A DNA stretch of 64,000 nt, from the IMG/VR virus record IMGVR_UViG_3300010401_000002, positions 15,365 to 79,364 of that record; one strand, written 5' to 3'. The notes beneath the pieces are model-generated. The model saw only the letters and a list, made by a program, of their open reading frames with translations, was not told where the DNA came from and searched no databases. This document shows positions 20,646 through 30,129 of the stretch, piece after piece; within the stretch, counting starts at the first letter, position 1, and each line of letters opens with the position of its first letter. This DNA comes from a virus. A program made the translations under genes and the position numbers.

Positions 20646-21011
20646 TTAGAATCTAAAATATTTTTTCCAAAACCAATCTTCTTTTTCCGTGTGCTTTACG
20701 CCCTGCTGCTTTTCTTTAACAAACCTTTTATAATCCTCTAATACATTTTCAACCCTTCCAGAAATAGCGTCAATATCTCTTTTTAATCCCTCGTTTATAA
20801 GTTCCAACCCTTTTTTAAAGTGCGGAATTGATAGATACAATTCTCTAATATATGGCATACGAGAACTGTATCGCATAGATTCGCCTCTCCAATCAATCAT
20901 CACAACGTTTGACGAATCTTTTAGCGTGTCAATTAACTCCTGCTGTTTTTTTGCAAAGTCAAGCATATTTATATATTCATCATAATCAATTGTTACTTTC
21001 TTTTCGTTCAT
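20646..21011 (-). CDS. Hypothetical protein
   Basis: 121-aa ORF in the operon. Confidence 0.55.
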   Translation of the reverse strand: MNEKKVTIDYDEYINMLDFAKKQQELIDTLKDSSNVVMIDWRGESMRYSSRMPYIRELYLSIPHFKKGLELINEGLKRDIDAISGRVENVLEDYKRFVKEKQQGVKHTEKEDWFWKKYFRF

Positions 21012-21017
21012 ATTATT

Positions 21018-21245
21018 TTATTTTAAATCAAACCATGTAGGATTTTGTTCTATAAACTTGCGCATATCTTTTTTCGCAACAAAGTAACCTTTACCAACGT
21101 AAATCAGTTCGTTGTTTAATTCATCATGCGTAAGAGGCGTGAAACGGTCTTCCCACAAAGCAATATTAGCAGCACGATTTTCTTCGGGCGTTGGCGGTAT
21201 TATAAAGCCATCCTTTATTTTGTATCTTAGCGATTTGTTGTTCAT
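21018..21245 (-). CDS. Hypothetical protein
   Basis: 75-aa ORF in the operon. Confidence 0.5.
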   Translation of the reverse strand: MNNKSLRYKIKDGFIIPPTPEENRAANIALWEDRFTPLTHDELNNELIYVGKGYFVAKKDMRKFIEQNPTWFDLK

Positions 21246-21251
21246 TTGTTA

Positions 21252-21425
21252 TTAAACCTTATCAATCCCTTTTTCAATTGCCAATGCACAAACTTCTGCA
21301 ATGGTTTTTTGTTTATCGAACTTTTGTATTTGTTTTAGCAGCACTTTTGTATGAACCGCCTTTTCTACAAACACGGTCACACCTACCGCATCTGTTCCGC
21401 ATTTTGTGTTGTCTGATTTTTTCAT
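21252..21425 (-). CDS. Ribbon-helix-helix-like regulator (57 aa, not in ORF track)
   Basis: MKKSDNTKCGTDAVGVTVFVEKAVHTKVLLKQIQKFDKQKTIAEVCALAIEKGIDKV*; beta-helix-helix pattern; ATG 5 nt after the promoter element. Confidence 0.55.
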   Translation of the reverse strand: MKKSDNTKCGTDAVGVTVFVEKAVHTKVLLKQIQKFDKQKTIAEVCALAIEKGIDKV

Positions 21426-21430
21426 GGGGA

Positions 21431-21524
21431 CAAATATAAATAGTAATTACTATACGAAACAACAATATTTTAAACTTTAACATTTACCCCGCCCTTGCAA
21501 CTTAAACAATATTCATTACTTTTG
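21431..21524. promoter_or_regulatory. Divergent Bacteroidota promoters
   Basis: TATATTTG on - (21431-21438); TACTTTTG on + (21517-21524) with TTG ~20 nt upstream. Confidence 0.65.
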
Positions 21525-21595
21525 CTGAACATACTATATGTATTGCCTACGTGCATCCGAATTATTCTTAGTTATCCCAATTTAACTTTAATTCA

Positions 21596-22678
21596 ATGAG
21601 CAACATAAAAGGCAAATTAGAACAATCATTACGAGCAATCCCACCAAACCTATCAGACGAACAAACCGTAGCGTGGTTTAGAAGTATGCTTGCTACTATA
21701 GCGCAGGAGGTTGATGCGGTGTTATCATCAGCAGGTGTATCGTCTTTCAATACACGAACAGGGGCTGTAACACTTACAAGTGGCGATGTATCAGGAGCAA
21801 GCGGACTGCTTACTACGGGGGCAAACGCGGGTTCAACAGCAGCACCAACCGATTTTGGGGGAACTTTCGGAATAAAAGTTGACGCAATTGATTCTTCAGG
21901 AACAAGCATGATTTCGTTCGCTAAGATGATTGGCGTCAAGGAATACACATCAGCACAAGAGGCGTTGCTTGTACCCGGTTCAGGTGCGGTTATTATAAAC
22001 ACTGATATTGTTACGGGTGGTGCGGTAAGACGCTATACGGGGTCGGCTTGGGTAACGGTTGGTGGCGGCGGCCTCTCCCCCACAGGCAGCGATGTAGGGG
22101 CGACAAGTCAGGCGCAGGTGTTTACGAATGGATTAATCTCTAATGTGTTACAGGCTAATACAGGAGGACGAACTTTATTAAAAAATAATGCTGGTGATGC
22201 TTTTTTGAAAACGAGCGTTGGCGGTTTTGACGTTGAAGTGGGTGATTCTAATGCGGCAGCTAATGGCACATTATTAACTGTTTCGGATTCCGCTGAAACC
22301 ATTTCATTAAAAGCTGATAATGGTGTTCTTTTGCCTGACGACCAAATAATTGGTGCAGGTGCAAATGCTAAAATGGCTTTCAACCAATCAGCCCAAACAG
22401 CCACGATAACGGCTGCTAATGGGGTGAGTACGAGTGCGGGGTTTACGGTTGGAACAGACCTACTAACCAATTCCATTAAAAATAACGGAGGCAACGCAAT
22501 TGTTATTACACAGACTACAACAAACCCTATCACGATAAATTCTGGGACAGGGATATTAGAACTTAATCTGCCTGTAGATGGATTGTCTATGAACGGCGGC
22601 ACAGGGTACACAGGCACATTAGCCCAAGCTATAAGTGACGGTGCAACTATTGAAAACGGAATAATTAAAAACCCTTAA
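21596..22678 (+). CDS. Fibre-like structural protein
   Basis: VSSFNTRTGAVTL fibre motif, YTGSAWVTVGGGG; Gly/Thr/Ala-rich beta structure. Confidence 0.65.
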   Translation: MSNIKGKLEQSLRAIPPNLSDEQTVAWFRSMLATIAQEVDAVLSSAGVSSFNTRTGAVTLTSGDVSGASGLLTTGANAGSTAAPTDFGGTFGIKVDAIDSSGTSMISFAKMIGVKEYTSAQEALLVPGSGAVIINTDIVTGGAVRRYTGSAWVTVGGGGLSPTGSDVGATSQAQVFTNGLISNVLQANTGGRTLLKNNAGDAFLKTSVGGFDVEVGDSNAAANGTLLTVSDSAETISLKADNGVLLPDDQIIGAGANAKMAFNQSAQTATITAANGVSTSAGFTVGTDLLTNSIKNNGGNAIVITQTTTNPITINSGTGILELNLPVDGLSMNGGTGYTGTLAQAISDGATIENGIIKNP

Positions 22679-22691
22679 ACAATAATAGATT

Positions 22692-22901
22692 ATGAAAACA
22701 GAACAACAATTAAACGAACAGATTGAAATTATCAATGAACAAATCGCTAAATGTGAAACAGAGTTAGCATCAATACTTCCAGAAGGAACTGAACCAGAAC
22801 AGTACGATGAAATAATTAAATCAGAATCATACAATACTGTTATGAGAAATAAATCTAATTGGGAGGGACAGAAAACAGGTATCGAATTTACTTTAAATTA
22901 A
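22692..22901 (+). CDS. Small acidic coiled-coil protein (possible fibre chaperone)
   Basis: 69 aa directly after the fibre gene. Confidence 0.45.
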   Translation: MKTEQQLNEQIEIINEQIAKCETELASILPEGTEPEQYDEIIKSESYNTVMRNKSNWEGQKTGIEFTLN

Positions 22902-22916
22902 AAAAAAAATAAAGAA

Positions 22917-24467
22917 ATGAAAAAACTTACAACCATCCTATTAATTCTGACTGCTGTTTTAAGCGGCAAATTCGGGAAAGTAGCGTTCGCTACAGCAACA
23001 TTTGTTTCACTAAAATATGAAGCAGGGCACTCACAAAACAAGCGATTAACATTTCAAAGTCCCGCGTGTTCAATATCTGCCATTGGTGATACAGGATTTT
23101 ACTTTGCTGCTTATACATCAACACTGCCAACAACCTGCAATCCTGCAAATATTGCTATGTGGGGAGTGGGCAAAAGAACTATGTACAACAGCTTCGACAC
23201 TACCACGTTTATGAAGGGTGTGTGGCTAAAAGAATCCGACAGCACAAACCACAACAGCATGGCAAGTGTAACAGGCATTACCATGAGTAACAATGCAGGG
23301 CGGATATTGCGTATTCCTATGGATAGCGTACTAACGGTATTCCCCAACAAAACATTTGTTGCGGCAAATTACTATCCGTTAAGCAGCAATCCAAGTGGCT
23401 ATATTACAGCAAGCGCATTAAGCCCATACTATTTAGCATCAAATCCATCGGGCTATATTACCTCATCTGCATTATCACCATATCTTACAGCAAGCACAGC
23501 CGCTTCGACCTATTATCTACAAACTAATCCTGCAAATTACATTGCTTCGATTAACAGTAGCATGGTTACAACAGCATTAGGATTTACACCTTACAACAAT
23601 ACCAATCCGAATAATTATATATCATCTGTTTCGAGTAGCGATATAACTACTGCATTGGGTTATACCCCTTATAATAGCTCTAATCCATCAGGTTATATTA
23701 GTAGTATAAGTAGCGGGAATATTACAACAGCATTAGGTTACACGCCCTACAATGCTGCAAATCCATCTAACTATATCAGCAGCATAACAAGCGGCAATGT
23801 AACTACGGCTTTAGGATATACTCCCGTTACCAATGCAAGAACAGTTACAATCAACGGCACAGCACAGGATTTAAGCAGCAACAGAACGTGGAGTGTAGGC
23901 ACATTGGTTGCGGCAGATACAAATTCGTTAAGTAGCCGTATAAACTTAAAATTAAACAGTACCGATACAGCCACTTTCAGAACTGCATCGAATAATGCCT
24001 ATGCGTCATTAACCGGAAGTTATTCAAATCCTTCATGGATAACATCGTTAGCACAGTCAAAAGTAACATACACAGGAACCACAGCGCAGTATATCAGGGG
24101 TGACGGCACATTAGCAACATTGCCAACCGTAAGCGGGGCTACAGGAACATTCGGGGTAGTTACTACGGCAAATGGCGTTGTATCGGCAGGTAAAAGAATT
24201 GAAGTTTATTCAGGCACAACAAATGCAAGTGGTGTATATACCGTAACGTTCGGGACGGCTTATTCAGTTGCTCCAAATATTCAGGCAAGCATTACCAATC
24301 AGTCCAGCACTAATCAATATGTTAGAATAGCATCTGTTAGCACAACAGGTTTTACAATTAACGCCTATTCGTTCAGCACAAACACCCTGCTTGGAATAGT
24401 CAACTTAATAGCAACAACAGTAAATGTAACAGGTGCAACTGTTGACGTTCTTTGCACAGAGAAATAA
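22917..24467 (+). CDS. Tail-fibre-like repeat protein with signal-peptide-like N-terminus
   Basis: MKKLTTILLILTAVLSG leader; ITTALGYTPY repeats; QYIRGDGTLA motif; C-terminal TVTFGTAYSVAP...STTGFTI gp53/H-lectin-like domain. Confidence 0.65.
   Translation: MKKLTTILLILTAVLSGKFGKVAFATATFVSLKYEAGHSQNKRLTFQSPACSISAIGDTGFYFAAYTSTLPTTCNPANIAMWGVGKRTMYNSFDTTTFMKGVWLKESDSTNHNSMASVTGITMSNNAGRILRIPMDSVLTVFPNKTFVAANYYPLSSNPSGYITASALSPYYLASNPSGYITSSALSPYLTASTAASTYYLQTNPANYIASINSSMVTTALGFTPYNNTNPNNYISSVSSSDITTALGYTPYNSSNPSGYISSISSGNITTALGYTPYNAANPSNYISSITSGNVTTALGYTPVTNARTVTINGTAQDLSSNRTWSVGTLVAADTNSLSSRINLKLNSTDTATFRTASNNAYASLTGSYSNPSWITSLAQSKVTYTGTTAQYIRGDGTLATLPTVSGATGTFGVVTTANGVVSAGKRIEVYSGTTNASGVYTVTFGTAYSVAPNIQASITNQSSTNQYVRIASVSTTGFTINAYSFSTNTLLGIVNLIATTVNVTGATVDVLCTEK
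23380..23830 (+). repeat. Intragenic ~26-aa (78-bp) degenerate tandem repeats
   Basis: Four copies of (I/V)TTALG(F/Y)TP with intervening NPxxYI, plus shorter upstream NPSGYI units. Confidence 0.85.
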
Positions 24468-24489
24468 ACTTTAAAACCCATATAACAAC

Positions 24490-24741
24490 ATGAACTACTA
24501 CAAATTAATTGACGGTGACATAGAAAATTACTATGCAGAAGGTGAATCTAATGTTACTTCAATTACACTAACCTACAAGGATTCTGTATTAGACAGCGCG
24601 GATTACGACCCAACGATAGAGGACGTTCCTATGGAAGCCATTTCATCCGACTTCGATGAATTTGTACAGGCAAGGTCTGTTGCAGAGGGGTTACACGATG
24701 ATGGTTTTGCGTTTGTTGGCACAAGTCCAATCCACCACTAA
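24490..24741 (+). CDS. Hypothetical acidic protein
   Basis: 83-aa ORF in the operon. Confidence 0.55.
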   Translation: MNYYKLIDGDIENYYAEGESNVTSITLTYKDSVLDSADYDPTIEDVPMEAISSDFDEFVQARSVAEGLHDDGFAFVGTSPIHH

Positions 24742-24744
24742 TAC

Positions 24745-25140
24745 ATGTTTAAAAACCTTACTACCATTGAGGTTGCAAACGTGCTTAAATATGGCATATT
24801 AATCGTACTTATACTTAATTTAGTTGGGTATGATTGCTTTGGCATAATTCATTCACTAAATGACACCTCCGACCCCACTAAAAGGTATTTAAGCGATACG
24901 GTATTCTTTTGCTGTACTTCGCTTAGTTGGGTTGTTATGGCACACACATTAGGAATAGTTAGAAGCAATTTATTTCAACCATTCAAGTGGCTTGCTGTGC
25001 TTACAACTATCCTGATAGCATATACTTGGAACGCCTTCTTAGACGAAGCATTTTTTGACCCTCAAAAATTAGGATGGAACGAGTTGGTTTTCGGCATTTT
25101 AACACCTATATTTGCAGTAAGAAAATATATTAAGAAATGA
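24745..25140 (+). CDS. Multi-pass membrane protein (holin-like cluster)
   Basis: 3-4 hydrophobic segments, basic C-terminus. Confidence 0.55.
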   Translation: MFKNLTTIEVANVLKYGILIVLILNLVGYDCFGIIHSLNDTSDPTKRYLSDTVFFCCTSLSWVVMAHTLGIVRSNLFQPFKWLAVLTTILIAYTWNAFLDEAFFDPQKLGWNELVFGILTPIFAVRKYIKK

Positions 25141-25514
25141 TGCTATTGCAGGCGGACAAAATAATAGACAGCATGAGTGACGGCCTGAAAGAGGCTGTTC
25201 TTAAATCAGATGCAAATGATACATCGGTAATAGTATTTTTCTTAGGATTACTCTTTCTTGTAGGAGCTGTTATAATCGTAGCGGTTATGTACCGACAAAT
25301 GCGGGCTGACAGGAAAGAAATTATACAAATTCAGAAAGACCATGCTGAAAAAATGGAAGATATTATTACCGTCCGAAATGAAACGATGGAGCGTGTAAAT
25401 GAATCTTTAAGAAGTGTAGCAGCAGCATCGGCAGGGATAATAGCAACAGTAGAAGGACATTCACAATTATTAAAATCAGTACAGGACTTAATTATAACCA
25501 AACTCTTGAAATAA
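25137..25514 (+). CDS. Holin-like protein (1 TM plus coiled coil)
   Basis: VIVFFLGLLFLVGAVIIVAVMY followed by a coiled coil; MM dual start. Confidence 0.5.
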   Translation: MMLLQADKIIDSMSDGLKEAVLKSDANDTSVIVFFLGLLFLVGAVIIVAVMYRQMRADRKEIIQIQKDHAEKMEDIITVRNETMERVNESLRSVAAASAGIIATVEGHSQLLKSVQDLIITKLLK

Positions 25515-25521
25515 ACCCAAA

Positions 25522-25845
25522 GTGATAAAACTACTCCCTATAGCGTTTTTAGACCTGATGATGTTAGGGGTAACTTTTAGCGGGGCTGTATTCACTTTGA
25601 TTAAGTTTGTGAAAAACAAATTACAACTTACAAGACGCGATTGGGTTCTACTTGGTATGTATTGGAGTTACACGCTTTTTATAATGTTGACGTTTTTATT
25701 GGAATACATCGTTTACATTCAATGCGATATTGAATTTAATCAATCAATTTATAGTTGGATATTGATTACTCGCGGGGTTGGGTGCATCTTTACTTGGCTT
25801 GCAATAACGTGGTCAAGTGGATATAAGTTTGGGGGTGAAAATTGA
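25522..25845 (+). CDS. Membrane protein (3 TM)
   Basis: Three hydrophobic segments. Confidence 0.55.
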   Translation: MIKLLPIAFLDLMMLGVTFSGAVFTLIKFVKNKLQLTRRDWVLLGMYWSYTLFIMLTFLLEYIVYIQCDIEFNQSIYSWILITRGVGCIFTWLAITWSSGYKFGGEN

Positions 25846-26168
25846 GTGCATCCTCCGAAAATGGCAATGGTATAACGTGGTCGCGTTACATAGTAGCATT
25901 TGCCTTTTTCTTAACGGTACAAGCTGCGGTTTTGGGGCCTGTTTTGTCAAGGCTTGGTGATATTCAAACACAGATTGATAAGCACGAAGCGTTGCCCCAT
26001 CACTACGGGACTGCGGAGAAGTTGTCTGCTACGGAAGTTAAGTTTACTGAGGTGGAAACCCAGCTACGTTCGCAAAAAGAAGTTTCGGAAATAAGAATTG
26101 CGGCACTTCAAAAACAGATTGATGAACTGAAATTTGAAATACAGAAAATTAAAGATGGAAGAAAGTAA
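25842..26168 (+). CDS. Membrane-anchored coiled-coil protein
   Basis: One TM segment followed by a heptad-rich region. Confidence 0.5.
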   Translation: MSASSENGNGITWSRYIVAFAFFLTVQAAVLGPVLSRLGDIQTQIDKHEALPHHYGTAEKLSATEVKFTEVETQLRSQKEVSEIRIAALQKQIDELKFEIQKIKDGRK

Positions 26169-26443
26169 GTCTAACATCAACACCACCATTCTATCAATAG
26201 CACTCGCTTTATTCTGTGCGGGCTGCATCTACCTCTACTACTGCTATACACACTAAGACTATGCGCATTTCCCGTTTCACCCGCGACTTGATTATTATTG
26301 GAGTGATGATTGGCGCTGCGATGGTGAGCGTGGTGTGGAGGGCGAAGTTTTCAGGGTGATAATCAATGCTTTAATTATACTGCATTAAAAAATAATTAAA
26401 AACGCTTGACAATTGATTTTTCGTTATTATCTTTACGCCCGAA

Positions 26444-26602
26444 ATGAAACAGAAATCTACAAAGGGTCGAAAAAAGCTATCTCCATTAGAGAAGAAAATT
26501 GAAGTTAGATTTTTTCTTGAAAATAAAATAATATTGGCTAATGGCGGTAAAGAAAAATACATTGAGAAATGTAAATCATTAGCGGCAAAGGTTAAGAACT
26601 AA
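26444..26602 (+). CDS. Small basic putative DNA-binding protein (52 aa, not in ORF track)
   Basis: MKQKSTKGRKKLSPLEKKIEVRFFLENKIILANGGKEKYIEKCKSLAAKVKN*; follows TTGAC...TATCTTTA promoter-like element. Confidence 0.5.
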   Translation: MKQKSTKGRKKLSPLEKKIEVRFFLENKIILANGGKEKYIEKCKSLAAKVKN

Positions 26603-26716
26603 TCGGGTTTCGGAGTGTTTCTCGATAAATCCCCTGTATATCGCAGGGGTGGCTAATAGGAACAGACTATTCCCCGATGGGGGTAACTAAGCAGTAAACT
26701 ATAAACAAATAAAACT

Positions 26717-27565
26717 ATGCTAAACATTTTCAAAAGGTCTATCAAAGGCGAAAACGTAACTGCCGATATAAAGGTTGCGGAGAAAAAATATCCAAAAGAA
26801 GTTATTGAAATACACAATCATTTTAATGGTGCTGGTGAAGCACTTTTAGCGGAAGCACAGCGAACTTTGTCTTTTTGTAGGGAGCGTGATAAAGAAAAAG
26901 GTAAGCTACTTAATAGTATTGGGTTCGTAAACACACCACAGGCTAAAGAGGTAAAGGAGCTTGAAGTAAGGGAATATGATGCAGAGAAAACCGCTAACTT
27001 GGTTGAGTATTACAGAATAAATTATCCCAACAATAAATTCATTACAGAAAGAATCGTAAAATGGATTTGCGAAAAATACAACCTTGTGTGTGGTGACGTG
27101 TCTTTGTACAAAGGGTTTGTGCCAACGGAAAAACTTAAACAAATACAATCGTTTAAAGTTAATAAAAATGACAGAGGTTACGCAGAAATAAGAAACCGAG
27201 AAACAAAAGAATTGATAGCATGCTTATCTAAATCAGACCTTGCAGATAAAAACCTTGATTGGTGCAGGGAATGTATTGACGACAACAAAGAGTTTTACAC
27301 CACAAGTTGTTCATCGTTCAGAACTAAATTTGCATCTTACAATTTAAATGACCACTTAAAAGTTTACCCTGTTGGACAAACATTAAAGATTTGCGCCCCA
27401 ATAAAAGACATGGATACCACAGGGATGAAACTAAGCGGCTACAAATTAGAAAAGCACATTCCCGACCCTGTTGTATTGCAACCTGTAAATGGCGGCTACC
27501 TTATCGTAACCGCGTGGGGTGACGAGGCATCGGATGAATTAGTTGTAAATCAGAAAATGAATTAA
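26717..27565 (+). CDS. Conserved Bacteroidota-phage hypothetical protein
   Basis: C-terminal DPVVLQPVNGGYLIVTAWGDEA motif, recalled from Bacteroidota phages. Confidence 0.6.
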   Translation: MLNIFKRSIKGENVTADIKVAEKKYPKEVIEIHNHFNGAGEALLAEAQRTLSFCRERDKEKGKLLNSIGFVNTPQAKEVKELEVREYDAEKTANLVEYYRINYPNNKFITERIVKWICEKYNLVCGDVSLYKGFVPTEKLKQIQSFKVNKNDRGYAEIRNRETKELIACLSKSDLADKNLDWCRECIDDNKEFYTTSCSSFRTKFASYNLNDHLKVYPVGQTLKICAPIKDMDTTGMKLSGYKLEKHIPDPVVLQPVNGGYLIVTAWGDEASDELVVNQKMN

Positions 27566-27576
27566 TAAATAAAATA

Positions 27577-28128
27577 ATGGCAAAACAGAAACTTTTAAAA
27601 CCGATTCATTTGGCTTGCAGCGATGATGATATGCGACCAATATTACAGCACATTTATATTGATAAGGGATGTGCAATTGCGACCAATGGAAATATAATGG
27701 TTAAGTCTGACCTTATGGAAAACTCTTTGATTAATGACCAACAGATTGTTGATAGCCTTGAAGGGAAACTGATTCACAAAGATGTTTGGAAAGACTTAAT
27801 AAAAGCTGCGCGAATTACGGTTTCGGAAGATAAGATTAATGCTTATACAAGCGGAGGAGTGATTGAGTATCCGTTTGCGGAACCTATGGGTGAAGATGGT
27901 AAGCCATTGCGTTACCCTAATTACAATACAATTATCCCTCCTGATTCTGCTAAACAGGAAGTGGCTGAATTTGGATTGAGCAGCGAACTTTTTGCTATTA
28001 TAGGAAAGGCATTAAAAACAGACAGGCTTAAATGTGTTCTGAATGGTCGTAATAAAGCGATTTGTGTTACACCTATTGATACTTATGAGGAGTTTGCTAT
28101 CATTATGCCTATTGATGTTAGTTTGTAA
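27577..28128 (+). CDS. DNA polymerase III beta-clamp-like protein (shortened)
   Basis: SDDDMRPILQHIYI, IATNG, YPNYNTIIP and terminal IIMPI match DnaN central and C-terminal motifs. Confidence 0.7.
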   Translation: MAKQKLLKPIHLACSDDDMRPILQHIYIDKGCAIATNGNIMVKSDLMENSLINDQQIVDSLEGKLIHKDVWKDLIKAARITVSEDKINAYTSGGVIEYPFAEPMGEDGKPLRYPNYNTIIPPDSAKQEVAEFGLSSELFAIIGKALKTDRLKCVLNGRNKAICVTPIDTYEEFAIIMPIDVSL

Positions 28129-28149
28129 AAACTTGGTTGGTTTAGGTTA

Positions 28150-28190
28150 AGGGCAAGCGGTCTGGTTAACGTAAGACTTGCCCTATTTTT
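28150..28190 (+). terminator. Intrinsic terminator
   Basis: AGGGCAAG...CTTGCCCT stem followed by ATTTTT. Confidence 0.55.
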
Positions 28191-28214
28191 AAAGAGTAAT
28201 TAAACAAAAGCAAA

Positions 28215-28556
28215 ATGAACGATAACACAACAAAACTTTTAGAACAGTTAGCAAATAAGTTAGGCACAACAAGCGGATACCTATGGGGTGTGTTAGTAAA
28301 ACAAGCACCCGTAAGCGCGACTATAACATTAATGTATCTGCTGCTAACAATTGCTTACGGCTTTGTCTTATATAAGACATATAAGAAAGCGTTTTCAGTA
28401 TATGCAATGCCGAGGTTCTTTTGGATTGGTGCTGCTGTGTTATTTGGAATTATATTTATAATATTATTCTTTTCCTTAGATAATATTATCAACGGTTATT
28501 TTAATCCTGAATATTGGGCTTTAAATAAAATTCTTGAATCTATAAAATCATATTAA
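28215..28556 (+). CDS. Phage membrane protein
   Basis: Two TM segments; LANKLGTT..LW.VLVKQA and FNPEYWA motifs. Confidence 0.6.
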   Translation: MNDNTTKLLEQLANKLGTTSGYLWGVLVKQAPVSATITLMYLLLTIAYGFVLYKTYKKAFSVYAMPRFFWIGAAVLFGIIFIILFFSLDNIINGYFNPEYWALNKILESIKSY

Positions 28557-28861
28557 CATGGTAATCTACATCGCATACTTATTAATAGCAGCAGCATTTA
28601 TCTACGGTGGTAGGTTGATATACATTGGAATTAAGAATGGGGAACATAATGAGTTATTCAAATGGGTATAGAAAGCACAAAGACAGTAAGGAGAAGTAGC
28701 GCAACGTATATGCTTGGATTAAAGGGCGTTGTTTTATACGGGCACGAAAGCAATGAAAAACTTGCTGAATTATTGTACCGCGAAAGGGAGAGTATCTTTG
28801 AGAATTACGATGTGGTGGATGACGCTTACGAAGGTGACGAATCAGATAACTTTAAAGCGGG

Positions 28862-29113
28862 ATGGTGATGGAAAACGATTGGGTAGATATAAAAGATAGA
28901 TTGCCAGAAACAAAAAAAGCTGCGGGAAAAACTCTTTGTACGCACAGGTCAGATGTTGTGGAAACGTATTCTCCTAAAAGCGACGAGACAATCGAATTTG
29001 TTGAGTTAAATTATTTTGCAAGATATACCTACAACACAAAGGGCAGTTGGTTTCGTGACGACAGTTTAATTACCCATTGGAGGCCGTTCACCCCACCTAC
29101 TACCACCCCATAA
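28862..29113 (+). CDS. DUF551-like protein
   Basis: WVDIKDRLPE ... ITHWRP. Confidence 0.6.
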   Translation: MVMENDWVDIKDRLPETKKAAGKTLCTHRSDVVETYSPKSDETIEFVELNYFARYTYNTKGSWFRDDSLITHWRPFTPPTTTP

Positions 29114-29622
29114 GGAAAAATAATTTAAAAAATAATGCACTACAAAATAGTAAAATACATATTTAAAAGCGGTCGTGTTGAGTATAGCCCGTTTGTTAAG
29201 AAGTGGTTTGGGTGGGTTGCTATAACACGCAACGGTGGGACATTTATAGAAAGGGTGGTGTGTGATGAACTTGAAAGGGCTGAACGGCTGATTGAGTTGC
29301 ATAAATCGGGGAATACTAAGTTGGTTAAAAGGGAGGTGGTATAATGGAAGAAGAAAAAATATTCACATTCACAGAGTACAGTGCTGACAGGCCACCAAAA
29401 GCAATCAGGAAAAAAGAATCTGAATTGAGTGCTGCTGATAAGGCTTATCTGTTAGGAGAGTTGATACATAGGTTTAATCACAATACTCGCGAAAATCAAG
29501 ATAAGTTTTTAAGAATGATTGTTGAGGATTATGAGGAAAAGCATTATAACAAAGAGGCGTTGCATGATTTTGAAACGTTTGGGGATAGGAATAAATTGAA
29601 AAAACTATAAATAAAAAACAAT

Positions 29623-30129
29623 ATGCCAAATTACAGAGCAGTTTACAAGTCAGACCACTTAGGCGTTATAGACTTGGAGGAATGGGTTGAACAGAGCAAA
29701 TCGTTAGTGTTCACGATTAAAGAAGTTAAACAGGAAATAGGTGTAACTGTTGCAGGTAACAAAGGCAACTATAACATAGCTTATTTTGTTGAACCTATAA
29801 AGCCATTAGTTCTCAACGCAACTAACGCCAACACTGTACGCAAGTTGGGTCGTTTCGGAACAGACGTTGATACATGGAAAAATATTCCTGTTGAGTTATA
29901 CATTGATAACACCGTAAAAATGAAAGGTCAGGTTGTTGGTGGGGTAAGGATAAAGACGGTTAGCCCTACTCCGCGACCTGTAATTAATCCTGATAATGCT
30001 ATTAAGATATTATCTGCATCAACTACACTTGCTGAATTGCAAACAAATTGGGGTAAGTTAAGCAAGGATGAACAGGCGTTACCGATAGTAATAAATAAGA
30101 AAGATTCACTTAAAGCAACCCTGAAATGA
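29623..30129 (+). CDS. Putative ssDNA-binding/annealing protein
   Basis: KPLVLNATN...W....VELY...GGVRI; coupled to the YqaJ exonuclease like a recombination gene pair. Confidence 0.5.
   Translation: MPNYRAVYKSDHLGVIDLEEWVEQSKSLVFTIKEVKQEIGVTVAGNKGNYNIAYFVEPIKPLVLNATNANTVRKLGRFGTDVDTWKNIPVELYIDNTVKMKGQVVGGVRIKTVSPTPRPVINPDNAIKILSASTTLAELQTNWGKLSKDEQALPIVINKKDSLKATLK

Noticed and set aside
21596-24467. DGR or shufflon acting on fibre genes
   Set aside because: No reverse transcriptase, TR/VR pair or inverted alternative C-terminal cassettes seen.
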